Shown here one piece after another: positions 39,358 through 51,840 of a stretch of DNA of 64,000 nt; positions within the stretch are counted from its first letter, which is position 1, and every line of letters starts with the position of its first letter. The notes below the pieces were generated by a model. It searched no databases, was not told the DNA's origin, and worked only from the letters and a program-made list of their open reading frames with translations. The translations under genes were made by a program, and so were the position numbers. The DNA is from Paraspadella gotoi (Eukaryota > Animalia > Chaetognatha), in assembly GCA_051294375.1 (NCBI GenBank), contig CM119270.1:10374766-10438765 (forward strand). The letters are read 5' to 3'.

Positions 39358-39966
39358 AGAGGAGTAGAGAGAGAGAGAAATGAGAAGCGGGTAAAAGGGT
39401 GGTGCGCGACTTTACGTTCTTTCTCTAAATTTCCCCGCTATTAGCATATGTAAATGGTTTTCTCTTCAGCGTTTTGCCAAATTTAACTTTGAAAAGCAAA
39501 GAAAGAGCGAGTGAAAAAATATATTAGCAGGACGAAAAAAAAAATATTCGAAGTCTAGGATTGGCCGAAGAAGAGAAAAAGAAAAGAGGTGTAAGAAGAA
39601 ATTTGAGTGGAAAATGGAACCGTGACTTGTTAAAATGTAATAATACCTAATTTAAAAAAAAACGCGCCATAAACAGAATTGATTAAAAGCTACAAGGTCT
39701 GGTTGTGTTTATTTGTTGTAAGAGGGATTTAGCTTAACCCAGCCAGCCTGACCAAAAGTCAGGGAAAAAGATAGTTGCCTATTGGTTAGATTAATTTCGT
39801 AACAAAGTAGCGTTTTTAGTGCTAATATTTTCAAGAGGAAGCGTTGCTTGATGAGTGATGGTTCACTATCATGTTCTATTTTGATCATCAACCCATTCCA
39901 CCTTATCAACCACCCCACTACCCCAACTACCCACCACCCTAAATCACCCCCCAAACTCCTGTTCAG

Positions 39967-40867
39967 TTCCAGCAACCGCCCGGCGACGAATCGTGCAGCC
40001 GATGATCGATAGTCAAAACCGTGCCGCCTCGGGCGCCGGAGACCTACAGCCCACATGGCATAACGGAATGGCCCCACCCACCGGGTAGGAGGAGTCAACG
40101 GGTTGTGGCTTCATAAATGGGCTTTGGTGATTGAGAGCGGAACAGAAGGGGGGGCATATTTAACGAAGTCCAGACGAATCACATTCGGAAAAAAAATAAT
40201 ATGACGGATGTTATTAGTAACAGGTTTTTCCCCATTTAAGTGATCTATCACTGTCTATATCGCTACAATAAATAGTAATTGGTTCAAAAAGGATTTTAAA
40301 AATGAAAAATATATTCGAGATTTGTAATCTAATAAAAATCGGCGAGAGAATTTATCGATCGATAATCAACGAATAAGTGAACAGTCGCGACGAAAATTGA
40401 TTGATAAACAAATACTGAAATACTGACACGTTAAATCTAGTTTGATGTCCGATTTAATTAATTAAAATGAAGAATTTTATAGACTTACACGTTAAGTCTA
40501 GTAAGAGAAATGAAAACATTCAGACATTTTAATTTCCGATTTAATTAATTAACTAAGCCATTAATATTAACATTAATATAACTAAGTCAGGTTAGAGAAG
40601 TACATTCGGTTTAAATGTTAAATGTCCGATTTAATCCCCTTTTAACTCTTCCAGGCCATGTACCGGCGACCCCTCGATGTCCCCTCCGCCTATTCTACGC
40701 CGCGGCACCGTCCACTAGGCCATGCTGATCCCCGGTCACGCCCCACATGCATTGAATGATGCACGGAGTCACATGGGCGGTCATCACATGACGCCCGCCG
40801 AGCGAGGTCGCCGGGGCCCTGGGTCCACGAAGCCATGAGCGCTCACATCCAAGAATTCCGCCGATGA
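39967..40867 (+). pseudogene. hth: Frameshifted second copy of the last two Meis/hth exons (~39967-40084 and ~40655-40867); most likely an unpolished-read artefact, not a true pseudogene
   Basis: Recognisable [11 protein letters not shown]-coding and AMLIPGHA-coding segments disrupted by many indels, inside noisy duplicate copy B. Confidence 0.6.
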
Positions 40868-42300
40868 GAAAAGCGCCGTCGCGAATTGGAAGGCGTGGCG
40901 TGACGGGCGGCGTCGGGCGGCGTCGGGCGGCGTCCGCCTCCGTCTAACGACATTTTCTCGCGAAAAAAAAGACTTAAACGGGTCGTCGCCGTCGACCGCC
41001 GTGGGCGGAAAGTGAAAAACAAAATAAGAGTAAAGGACGATTAAAAATAAACATCAACTAAACAACAAAACAACAAACAAAGATAAGACTCTTTTCTTTT
41101 TTTCTTTTTATTTCGACGACGTCACCTACGAATCAAAATTTAACTCGGAAGACATATAAAAATTATGAATAAAAAAAAATCACAATCACAAAACCGAAAA
41201 TATAGAAAAAAAAAAAACAAACAAACAAACAACGAAAAAGAAACAATCATCTTTTTACCGTTTCTCATTTTTGTTGTGTTTTTTGGGGTTCGAGAAGAGA
41301 GAAAGAGAGACAAACCACATCCCAAAAAAGACGAAAAAAACTCCCAAGAAATAACATTGGCGCAGTCTAAAAATTTCTTTCTGAAAAAATTTTTCATACA
41401 AAAAAAAACATATTTGAGGGAAAATAAAAAAAAAACTTTTGGAAAGGATCCTCGTCGCCGCAACTGCCGCGCCCTCTCGCCGTCAAACTCCGCATCGACG
41501 GCGCGACGCACCGAGTCATGTTCGCGTCGTGTCACTCTCAGTGTCCAACTCTCAGTGTCACTCTCAGTGTCAAGCTCTCCAGACCCGTGGCGAGCGTGGA
41601 CGCTTCCCTGACCCCCTCCCACCATTTCCGCTGGCATCAAACTCACCCTCCCCAAATCCTACCCACCAAGCCGAGGAGAACAAATCCCCCTCGAAATCAG
41701 GTGGCCTAACCGAAAAGGCGCCTAACGTGCCAGGTGCCATAAACGCCCTCCTCATCCTCGCTATCTCCTCTTTTCTCCTCAAGAGGCAGATGCCTAGTTT
41801 GACGGTCGATCGACCAGGCAACACCGGCGAAGTCATCATCTGTATATGAAGTCATCGTTGTAGCTTCAACGTTTCCCCCCAATCGTCATCGAACACCCTT
41901 TACCTCCCTCCTCCCTTTCCTCTCCTCCCCTCATTCCGTTCAAAACCACACTGCCGTCCTCTCATCTCTTTTCCACTCCTCCCTTCCTCTGCCTCCTCCT
42001 CCTCCTCCTCCTCCTCCTCCTCCTCTCCCTCCTCCCTCTATCCCTCCGAGTCACAGCCGCGTTTTTTCTCGCCCTTGTCATCGTTTTTCGTTGGAGAAAA
42101 AATATATGAAAGGAAAAAGGAAAACATAATTTTTTTTTCCTCTCAGAAAGGAGAGGGAGAAAGAGAGAGAGAGAGAAGAGGGGGGGTAAAGTGGCTGAGC
42201 GTTTTGAAAAGTAGACAGCTGCTGTCAAAAAAAGCTCTTTCCTCCTCAGTTTCTTCTCAGAGTCTTAACTCCTCTATCTCGCCCGCCTCTCTCTCTCCTC

Positions 42301-42331
<31 letters not shown>

Positions 42332-42827
42332 TTCTCTTCTCTCTCGTCCCTCCTATTCACAGTATGTCTATTCCCTTCTATCTTTTTTCTCTCTCTATCT
42401 GTCGACTGTGTCTCAGCTTTTCTCTTCGAACACTCCCCCTTCTTGAATTTCTTTCTTTTTTATCTTAATATATTTTTGAAAGATTTTAAAATATTCATAA
42501 TTAGTATTTTTTCATTTTTCCAAACGAAAATCAGCTCCCTACATAGTTCCATACCTCGCTGTGACCGATGTTTTGTTATATTCTTCAACATAAGTAAACA
42601 AACATTCCATTCTTTGTTCGAAACGATGTCATCGTGTTAAAGGGATTCGGCGATCATTATTGATTATTATGTTTATAATAGAGGGGAAAAACGTATTTAC
42701 GGTATATTTCTATATTTTTGTTTCATTTTTGAATCCAAAAATGTTTTTGTAGGCTCGATCGTCGCGGAAGTTCTATATTGTTCACCGATTGTTCTCTTTT
42801 TCTCTCGCCTCCCCTCTACTTTTCTCT

Positions 42828-42867
<40 letters not shown>

Positions 42868-45800
42868 GTCTCTCTCTCATCTCTCTCTCTCTCTCTCTCT
42901 TTTCTTTATTTTCCTCCACTCGCTCTCTCTCTCTCACTACTTAAAAAACGAGGTCCAGTATATAAAACAACAAAAACCAATATAGGTGTAATTTCGTGTA
43001 ATGAATTTCATTCATTCATTCGTTTCAATTTGTTCACCGTTCATTTATTGTTGAGAAGATTGTGAAACCACAAAAAATATAAAACAATTATTTTTTAGAT
43101 CAATTTCGCCGTGACCTGTGCAAATGTTAGCCAATAGATAGTCTCCAACATAACTCAATTCTCATTTCCTTTCAAACTTTATTTCTGTTTTACATCCCGC
43201 TTTTGTTTTGGTCTTTTTTGTGTAAAGGGTTTAAATATATAAATATTTTAAATTATACATGTTTTTTTTATTCGGAAAAGTTTTAAACTAATTATTAAGT
43301 AAATTATCCTTTTTTAATTTTTTAGGGTCGAAAAACGAAAAAGGTCGGTGATTAATTTGAATATGGTTGTTTTATATTCTTGTTTCATTTTTAAAAAAAA
43401 TAAAATAAAACAATTTCATTGTTTAGCCATGTTCCGTCGTCGGAGCCGATGTTTGGTTACTGGCGGTTTTTTTTTTTCTCTCCACACGAGAGGAAGAAAT
43501 ATAAGGAAATTTTGTTTGTTAATAATAATACCTAAAAACCGAATCCTACTCTCCGTATCAATTTAAAAAAAATCGCTATCGCGTAAAAAATAAAAGTCAT
43601 GTTTTCGAAGACGGACCGAGCATCTTACCACGAAGTCTCAGTATTACATACCTTCCCTCCTTGTTTTTTCCCTCCTTGCTCCTCCTCTCCCTGCTCCCAA
43701 TCGCCGCGCGCCCAAGCGCGACTTCTCAATCCAACTTTTTTGGCTCTAGCATGTTAACAAAAAATTAAAAAAATGTCTGCTTTTATGATGATAGCTCTGA
43801 TGCGTTTTTCAGTCGAGAGTTAAATACAACAAAAATGTAATAAAAAAAAAAAATTCGCAATTAATTTGGGAGTTAGAGTCAAATTGAGAAGAAGTTAGTT
43901 CATGAAGTCTTAAATTATGGTTCAAAATACTTGCCAAGACTTGTAAAATCAGCTGATTTGAAATTGATGGACGCGTAAATACATTAATTAATATCCAGAT
44001 TGAATAAAAAACCGAAGAATGTTAGCTAAACAAAAAAGTTTAGATCGACCTGTTAAAAGAGATTCATCGTCGCATTTAAAAAAGGCCACTTCAAACCGCG
44101 CGCTCTTCCGATCCTTAATGTTTTTATGGCCCGTGTTACTCCGTTCCACATTGTAACAACAAAGGGATTATTAACGTTTCGGTTTAACGCAAAGAGCTTT
44201 AGGTTTAAAACCGGTGATTGGTTTAACCAGCGTACAGCCGCGTCCCTCAAAAAGGAACCGTAAAACGTCAAAAGTTTGCCCTCCTTCAATCCGATCCCCC
44301 CCTGTCCACCCCCGCAATTCTCTCTCCTCTCTCTCTCTCTCTCTCCGTCTCTCTCTCTCGATCTCTCTCTCTCTCTCTCTCTCTCTGCCTTCTACTCTCT
44401 CTCTCCTAACGATACGAACCAAGAATTAAATTCCCAAACTCATTTGTCGCCAAATTAAAAATTTTTTTTTCGGCCCTAGAAAATTTTTTTACTCTTTTTA
44501 TGCGAAAATCGAATCTGTTTTACCAAAATTTTATTTTTCCGCACCGCTGGCTCATTAAGACGAACGGGAATAAGCCTAGAAATGATTTTTTTCTTTCACA
44601 GGAAACTGAGAGGGAACACAAAGTCGAAGAGTAATATTATCATGATTTGTAATATTCGAAGTGAATAGAAGTGATCGAAGGTAGAGAGAGATTAGATTAG
44701 AATTAGATTAGATAGATAGATTAGATTAGATTAGATTAGATTAGATTAGATTAGAAAAAACAGAATAGTTTTGTCTATCAAAGGTTATCGAAGAAGATAT
44801 GAATCGAAAAATTGAAAGCTTCGAGGCGGATGCTTCTTTTCATTTTTAATCGTAAATGACTAAATGGTTCGTTAATCGTCTTCCATTGTTTCGACCCTCC
44901 CTCAAATCTTTCAGCTGCCTCCCTTCAATATTTTATTTGAAGATATTGGACAGCTCATTGGCGACATAATTGCAATCATGGTTGTCGCCCTGATGCTTGC
45001 CTTCGTGAGAAAGGGAGGCGCCGGCTCATCGTTCAATCATAAGAATGACAATCTACCCGACCAAAAAAGACAATTGATTATCTACATTATAGATAATTTC
45101 CCTGGGCGGAAAAAAATTCATTTCGCGTTCGAAAGAAAGAAAGAAAAAAGAAAGAAAGAACGAAAGAAAGAAAGAAAGAAGAATAAATAATATAATAAAA
45201 ATAAAAAATAAAAAATAAAAAATAATAAATAAAAAAATTAAAAAAAATTTAAAAAAAAAAGAAAAAAATAATAAGTTAAAAAATAAAAAAATANNNNNNN
45301 NNNNNNNNNNNNNNNNNNATAAAAAAATAAATAAATAAATAAAGAAAGAAAGAAAATTATGTCAAATGTTTGAATTCATTTCTGAACCAAATTTACGATC
45401 TTTCCTACGTCGACCTCGGACCGAGGCTCGACCAAGTCTTTGCCCGGCGGCGATGGCGGTTCCGCCAGAGGCGCTGGCGGCGACGGCGGATGAGGTGGTG
45501 ACGTTGAACTAGCGGCGGCTCATTGGGGCCGCGATGTCGACTCGATTGGCCACTCCTGACATATATATAGTTCGTTCATTTTTTTTTCTAACTTCGTGGA
45601 AAAAAGTAGATATAAAAATGTTCCGGTCGATTAACCTTTACGAATTCTTTCGAAACTTGTAAAGAAAAAAAAAGTACTTTGAAAATAGTAGTTTTTTTTA
45701 TCGTCCTGCACTAAAATAAACGCCTTAAGTTAATCAAACCATTAGCTACCGTGTCTAAAAAATAATAAGTATCATCAGGTGGCCTACTCTCATTGATTAG

Positions 45801-46209
45801 TTTTGAAATGTGGTGGAGAGATTAGAATGATTATTTTGATTATGTGAATTGAATTGTATGCTGAAAGTAAAGGGAGAAAAAACAAAGCAACGAGAAATAA
45901 AAGTAATAAACAAATCATTAGCTCGACTGATGTTCAAAGATTCTAGTAACTTAATGAAACATAATAGAAATAACAATGAGGACCCAGTGGCGGATCCGAA
46001 AGAAAAAAAACAAACCTGAAAACGCAGAAACTCAAAAACCGGTTTTTCGAGATTCGACGCAAACGAATTCGGCCGAAAAANNNNNNNNNNNNNNNNNNNN
46101 NNNNNNNNNNNNNNNNNNNNNNNNNNNNNNNNNNNNNNNNNNNNNNNNNNNNNNNNNNNNNNNNNNNNNNNNNNNNNNNNNNNNNNNNNNNNNNNNNNNN
46201 NNNNNNNNN

Positions 46210-46245
<36 letters not shown>

Positions 46246-46745
46246 CTTCTTCCCGTCAAATTGAATGCCCGTCGAGAGGTAACGAGGTTTAAAAGGATAA
46301 AAAAAAATTATAATTTTTTTTCAACAATTAATTTTTTTTAGAAGAAAACCGTCCATCCCAGTCCAGTTTTGGGAAGAGTCTTGACAGGCGGGAGGTTCAC
46401 TCTCCAAAGATGTTACCGGAGATGTCGTTAACGATGTTATAACTTTTTTTCTCTCTCTCTCACTCTCTCTCTTTCTCGCTCTCCTATTTTGTTTCGTCAT
46501 TAGCTCTTTCGTTCGTCGATTCGTTCGTTCGTTCCTTCGTTCTTTTTAAAAAAGTTTTTAAAAAAATGTAATTAAATATATCGAGATGAGATGAGATGAG
46601 ATGAGAACCAAGGATCGAATTCTCCCCAATCAAACAAAAGAGAGGGAAGGAATGACACGGTTTATTTCGCCCGGACCAAAGCCTGCATTCATCATTTGGA
46701 TCCCGCAAAGAAGGAGGAAAGATGACACGGGGGACACGATAGAGA

Positions 46746-46793
<48 letters not shown>

Positions 46794-47638
46794 GGTACGA
46801 TATTGAAAGCGGGAACGAACAAAAGACGTTCGCAGAAGAGAGCTGAAGAAGTTTGACGCGGATAAAAGACAAAAGACAAAAAACCAAAGACAAAAACTGC
46901 GGTTGTGGCTGATGTTGTTGTTGTTGAAGGTAGAATTTAAAGACTTTTAAAGGTGAAGAGGTTAGATGTTAGAGGTTAGAAGTTAGAGGTTAAAGGCGTA
47001 GAGGGTTGAAGGAAGAGTGGAGAAGCGGAGAAAAGAGTGGAAACGAAGAAGACGGGAGGACGAAATATTTATTTTCGGTTACATCCGAGCTTCGTGATCG
47101 AATACGAATAAAAATATTTTTTTAACAAAATACGTCACCAACAAATACTTTCTTCACCCATCACAATATTCGAGTTGATCGGCGATGATTAAAAATTCAC
47201 CCCATCGAAAATTTCACGCGAAAACGAATAACTTTTTCTAAACAGACATATACATCAATCCTAATTCATAAAAGCGATATTTTCTTCCTCCCTCGATGTC
47301 AGTCCTATTTCTGCCGCCGATTTCTTCCATCGGACGGAAATCGATTAAGATCTTCGATATGAATTTGTTTCCTCCTCCTTCCCTCTCTCCTCCTCTTCCT
47401 CTTCATCTTCTCCTTCCTCGTCCTCCTCCTCCTCCTCCTCCGTCTTCGGGCATAAATCAAAACAGCGTCAATCAAAACAAGCGTCATTATCAAACAAAAC
47501 AAAACCGACGACGACGACGACGACGGAAAAACGACGACGATAACGACGATGGCCAACACGGGGGCGGACGTCTTTTGTTTTGAATGGAGGATGGGAGAAA
47601 AAGATAAGAGGATGAAAATGTGGTTTTTTTCTTTTATT

Positions 47639-47671
<33 letters not shown>

Positions 47672-48615
47672 GAGAGAAGAGGAGAGAGAGAGAGAGGAGA
47701 GAGGAAGAGAGAGAGAGAGAAGAGAGAGGAGAGAGAAGAGAGGGAGAGAGTGAAGGGATGCGACCGATAGACTGGCATAACTGGATAGTGGGATAGTGGA
47801 TAGTGCGGTAAGGCGGGTGTTGGAGGAGGGAGAAAATTATCGAGGAGAGAATTTAAAGCAGAGAGAGGGAGTTTGTGAGAGGAATAAAGGGAGAGAGAGT
47901 GAAAAACGAGACGCAGATAATCCAATTTTTAAAAAAATATGACAGCGATGATAAAAGTTCTGATTGTAAAAATTAATTAAAACTTAAAAGTATTCACTTA
48001 AAAAAAAGGATTGTTATCTAGAATATTTAAAAAAGGATAGATTTTCCCGAAAGTTACGTCACGAAAAACGATAGTCGATGTGAATGAAGTTCTTAACACA
48101 TAAACGTACGTATATTTATAGTTTTGTGATTATTCTTAACAAACTCGTCACATTTTCTGTCGAATGAAAAAGAGATAAAGTCGGTAATATCGTCGTCATT
48201 TTCGTCGTCGCCTTCGGCAGCTGAGTCTGCTTCTCGCCCAATTGATAAGCTTTACATTTGACGTTTTTAATTCTGAGTATCGATTGATTAATATTTTACG
48301 CTACTATTGATGAGAAGCTATTGATAGAATATAGAATATATAGTTATGGCCATCTATGTTTAATTTGCTTTCCTCTCATCTACACCTATCCATCTTAATA
48401 CAATAAATACTTTCACGATTATTAATCAATTTGAGGACGTAATCTTTCCCGATTGCACATTTTCTCGTCAAAGTGGCGATTGGTTTCGCCTCCAAAATTC
48501 CGTAAATCATCGTTGACCAATTCGGATAAAAAAATTAATATAAAATCTTTCGCATTCGTTTGTCACGCACGAAGGATGGGCGTGGTGTACGTTCTGGCGC
48601 CAAAAAAGAGGGCCA

Positions 48616-48669
<54 letters not shown>

Positions 48670-49317
48670 CTCTCTCTCTCTCTCTCCCTACTCTTCGTCT
48701 CTCTCTCTCTCTCTCTCTCTTCTTCTCTCTCTCTCTCTCTTCCCTTTGGTCTCCTCATCAAACGCCATAAGAATCAATATTTTAGCAGTCTAATTTCAAA
48801 GCCAGGGGCCGTATGTGGCGGCCTCGGTCGGGTCGCCCGCGCGGAACTACAACAGGCTAGGAACAAATAAAAATGGGCCGAGGTATTTATATAACACCGA
48901 TCCACCGCTAGGTTTCCCCTTTTGCATTAGCGCAGGCGACGGGGCCCGTTGCAGTGGAGGGGAGAAGGGGGAGAGGGCAAGGATTGATAGAAGTCGTGGA
49001 GCGAGAAAGGAAGTTCATAGGAGAGTGGAGGAAAGAGAGGAGGAAGAGAAGTTGAGGGAGGAAGAGAATTAAAGCGACAAGCGTTCGCCGGTTGGAGATC
49101 TTTTTGTGTTGGAAATGAAATGGAAAGAGAAAAGCGTGGATGGGGTGAGAATGAAACATAAAATTTGAAAATTAATCGTGAAATAAACATGTAATGTTTT
49201 GATTGATTAATTAACGGTGAGCAATGACTCTGCATGCTTCTAAAGTCAACTGAAAATTAAGATATGAACAAAAATATAAAATACGAGACAAGGAATAATA
49301 AAGTGAAAAGAGGAGAG

Positions 49318-49360
<43 letters not shown>

Positions 49361-51803
49361 TGAGAGAAGAGAGAGCAGAGAGAGAGAGAGAGAAGAAAAA
49401 GAGGAGGATCGAATTTAAAACTGAAAAGTAAATGGTTTTATTCTTCTACGTACGATGGCCAACGACGCATGAGGCTCCGTTTCCCTCAATGGATTGAAGA
49501 TGGCACACATGAGACATCACTCTCACAACAACANNNNNNNNNNNNNNNNNNNNNNNNNNNNNNNNNNNNNNNNNNNNNNNNNNNNNNNNNNNNNNNNNNN
49601 NNNNNNNNNNNNNNNNNNNNNNNNNNNNNNNNNNNNNNNNNNNNNNNNNNNNNNNNNNNNNNNNNNNNNNNNNNNNNNNNNNNNNNNNNNNNNNNNNNNN
49701 NNTCTCTCTTCCTTAATGATTCCTGCTAATTTTCTACCTCTTTTTTTGCTTGCATACCTAATTAGCGGATTCCTTCGCTCCCCCTAACGCCGTTTCAGCG
49801 GCGACACGACGCCGCTCCAGCAAAGCAACGCCGCTCCAACAAAGCTAGGACGCTGCGCCAACACAGGCGGGCGTCGTACCCGAGAAATCAAAATTAAAGA
49901 AAGTAAAGTATTTTTAAAGCTTGTTTATAGTTTTTAAACCTAAACCTTTATTTTTCATTAAAAATTATTATTCATTATTGTCAACTTTATTTTTTAAGAT
50001 TTTCAATTTGCTCAGACGTGAAATCTCAGCTGACATCTTCGCTCCCGTTCTGCTGACGTTGGGTTCGAACGTCGGCAGTTGCTGCGGCAGTTGCTGCGGC
50101 TGTTGCTTCGTCTTTTGCGGCAGTTCCTGCGACAGCGCTAGAGATGGCGGCAACGGCGCGATCTGGTGGAGGAGGGGGTAAAGGAGTACATTGCATTGTC
50201 GTCAGTGCAGAGGAAGTGAAAGTGGTGGCAGCGGTGGTGGTGTCGGAGGCGGCGGCGGCGGCGGCGGTGGCGGTGGCGGCGGTGGCGGCGGTGGCCTTGG
50301 AAACCGGAGCGATGGCGGCTGCGACACAACAAACAGCAAACACGGCGCGAGCGAGGAAAAGGAATTCATTTAAAAGGGAAAAGAGACAGAAAATAAAAAA
50401 AAATGGTAAAACTGAAAGAGAGAGACGGAAAAAAAGTTGAAAAGGGGGGAGAGGAAAAAAAGAATTCTGTTTAATTTTCCATTCGTGTTCCACGAATGCG
50501 AATTTAAAGAGGTACTGTTGTTCCGTTGGGTGCTGTTGTGCTTTTGTTTGTTGTTGCCTTTATTTCGGATTGGTGCTTGTCGGTAGATGTTGGTCGGTTA
50601 TGTTTTGGTTGGAATTTTTTAATTTATATCTCCAGTTCTTGAATTTATGTGACAAAAGTACAAATCGTTGATTTAAAGCAGCAACGTCACTAATTTGTTT
50701 TATTTACATACATTTTTATTTTCATAGTGTTTATGGATATCGATGATGAAGACGACGACGACGACGATGACGACGACGCAAAACGAGGGAATAACGAGTG
50801 AAGAAAGAATAAATAATTAAGAGAAAGGAATAAAAAAAAGCTCATTGGGATGAGGAAAGGAATTTGCATGAGATTCGCTCCGAAAGATTTCCCTTTTTTT
50901 TAATTCACTTCCTTTTTTTTAAGTTGGATGGAAAAGCCGATACATCGAGATACAGCGGTAACAGTAGAGATAAAAAAAGCTGGCGAATTCTACTCTCGTA
51001 AATTTAAAAGAACTTGATGTATAAAAGTTTTTTGCTAAGTTCCCAGTCTTTCTCGTACCTTTCGTTACGTTCACCCGAGAGACTATTTACTATATCTGTG
51101 TTGCAGTCGTTATAACGAATAGTCCTAATTCTAATTCGTAATAATTAAATAGGAATGACATTAATGATATCTAAAAAAAACCAAAAAAACCGCCAGAATG
51201 ATGCTCTTTTTATATTCTCTGTTCCTTCTTACGTCTTGCTCCACCCCTCCCCCGACTTATTTCTCGTCTTTGTCGAGGTCGTCATTTTTGTCGTTGTCGT
51301 CTTTAACATCCGCTTTTCCTCCTCCTCCTCCTCCTCCTCCCCTCCCCTTCTCCTCCTCCTTCAACGTCATTTCGCTTCGTCGGCCATGGGCTTCCAAATG
51401 CCGTTTCCTTGGTTACCTTCCTCGGCGTGATTTGATCCAAACCGCCGCAGACGCCGCAATCTCCACCGCCTGACGTCGCAGCAGCCGCCCAGCTCCTGAT
51501 GCGGCTGGCGGTCATCACACCATATTACCATCCGAAAAAGGTTCATTCGTCTATTGAACCACTGATCGCGAAAAAGAAGATCCCGGTAGAAAGAAATTGA
51601 TTGTTGCCACCAAATATATAAGCCATTGAACATAGACACTTTAATATAAAATATATTGCAATTTAATTCTAGTTTTGTAAACAAAATAGTTTACACTTTA
51701 CATGCCAAAGCATGTTTTTATTGAACAAAAAATAAGACTATTCACAATGAATCTTGTTTTAGTAACAACACGGCGCCACCGAGATCTCTGGTCAGAAATC
51801 TTG

Positions 51804-51840
<37 letters not shown>

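Noticed and set aside
39967-40867. A genuine second Meis/hth paralog
   Set aside because: Indel-dominated differences spread evenly over coding and non-coding sequence fit raw long-read error
45985-45997. hAT-type MITE terminus CAGTGGCGGATCC
   Set aside because: No matching inverted terminus or TSD found in readable sequence (an N-gap is nearby)
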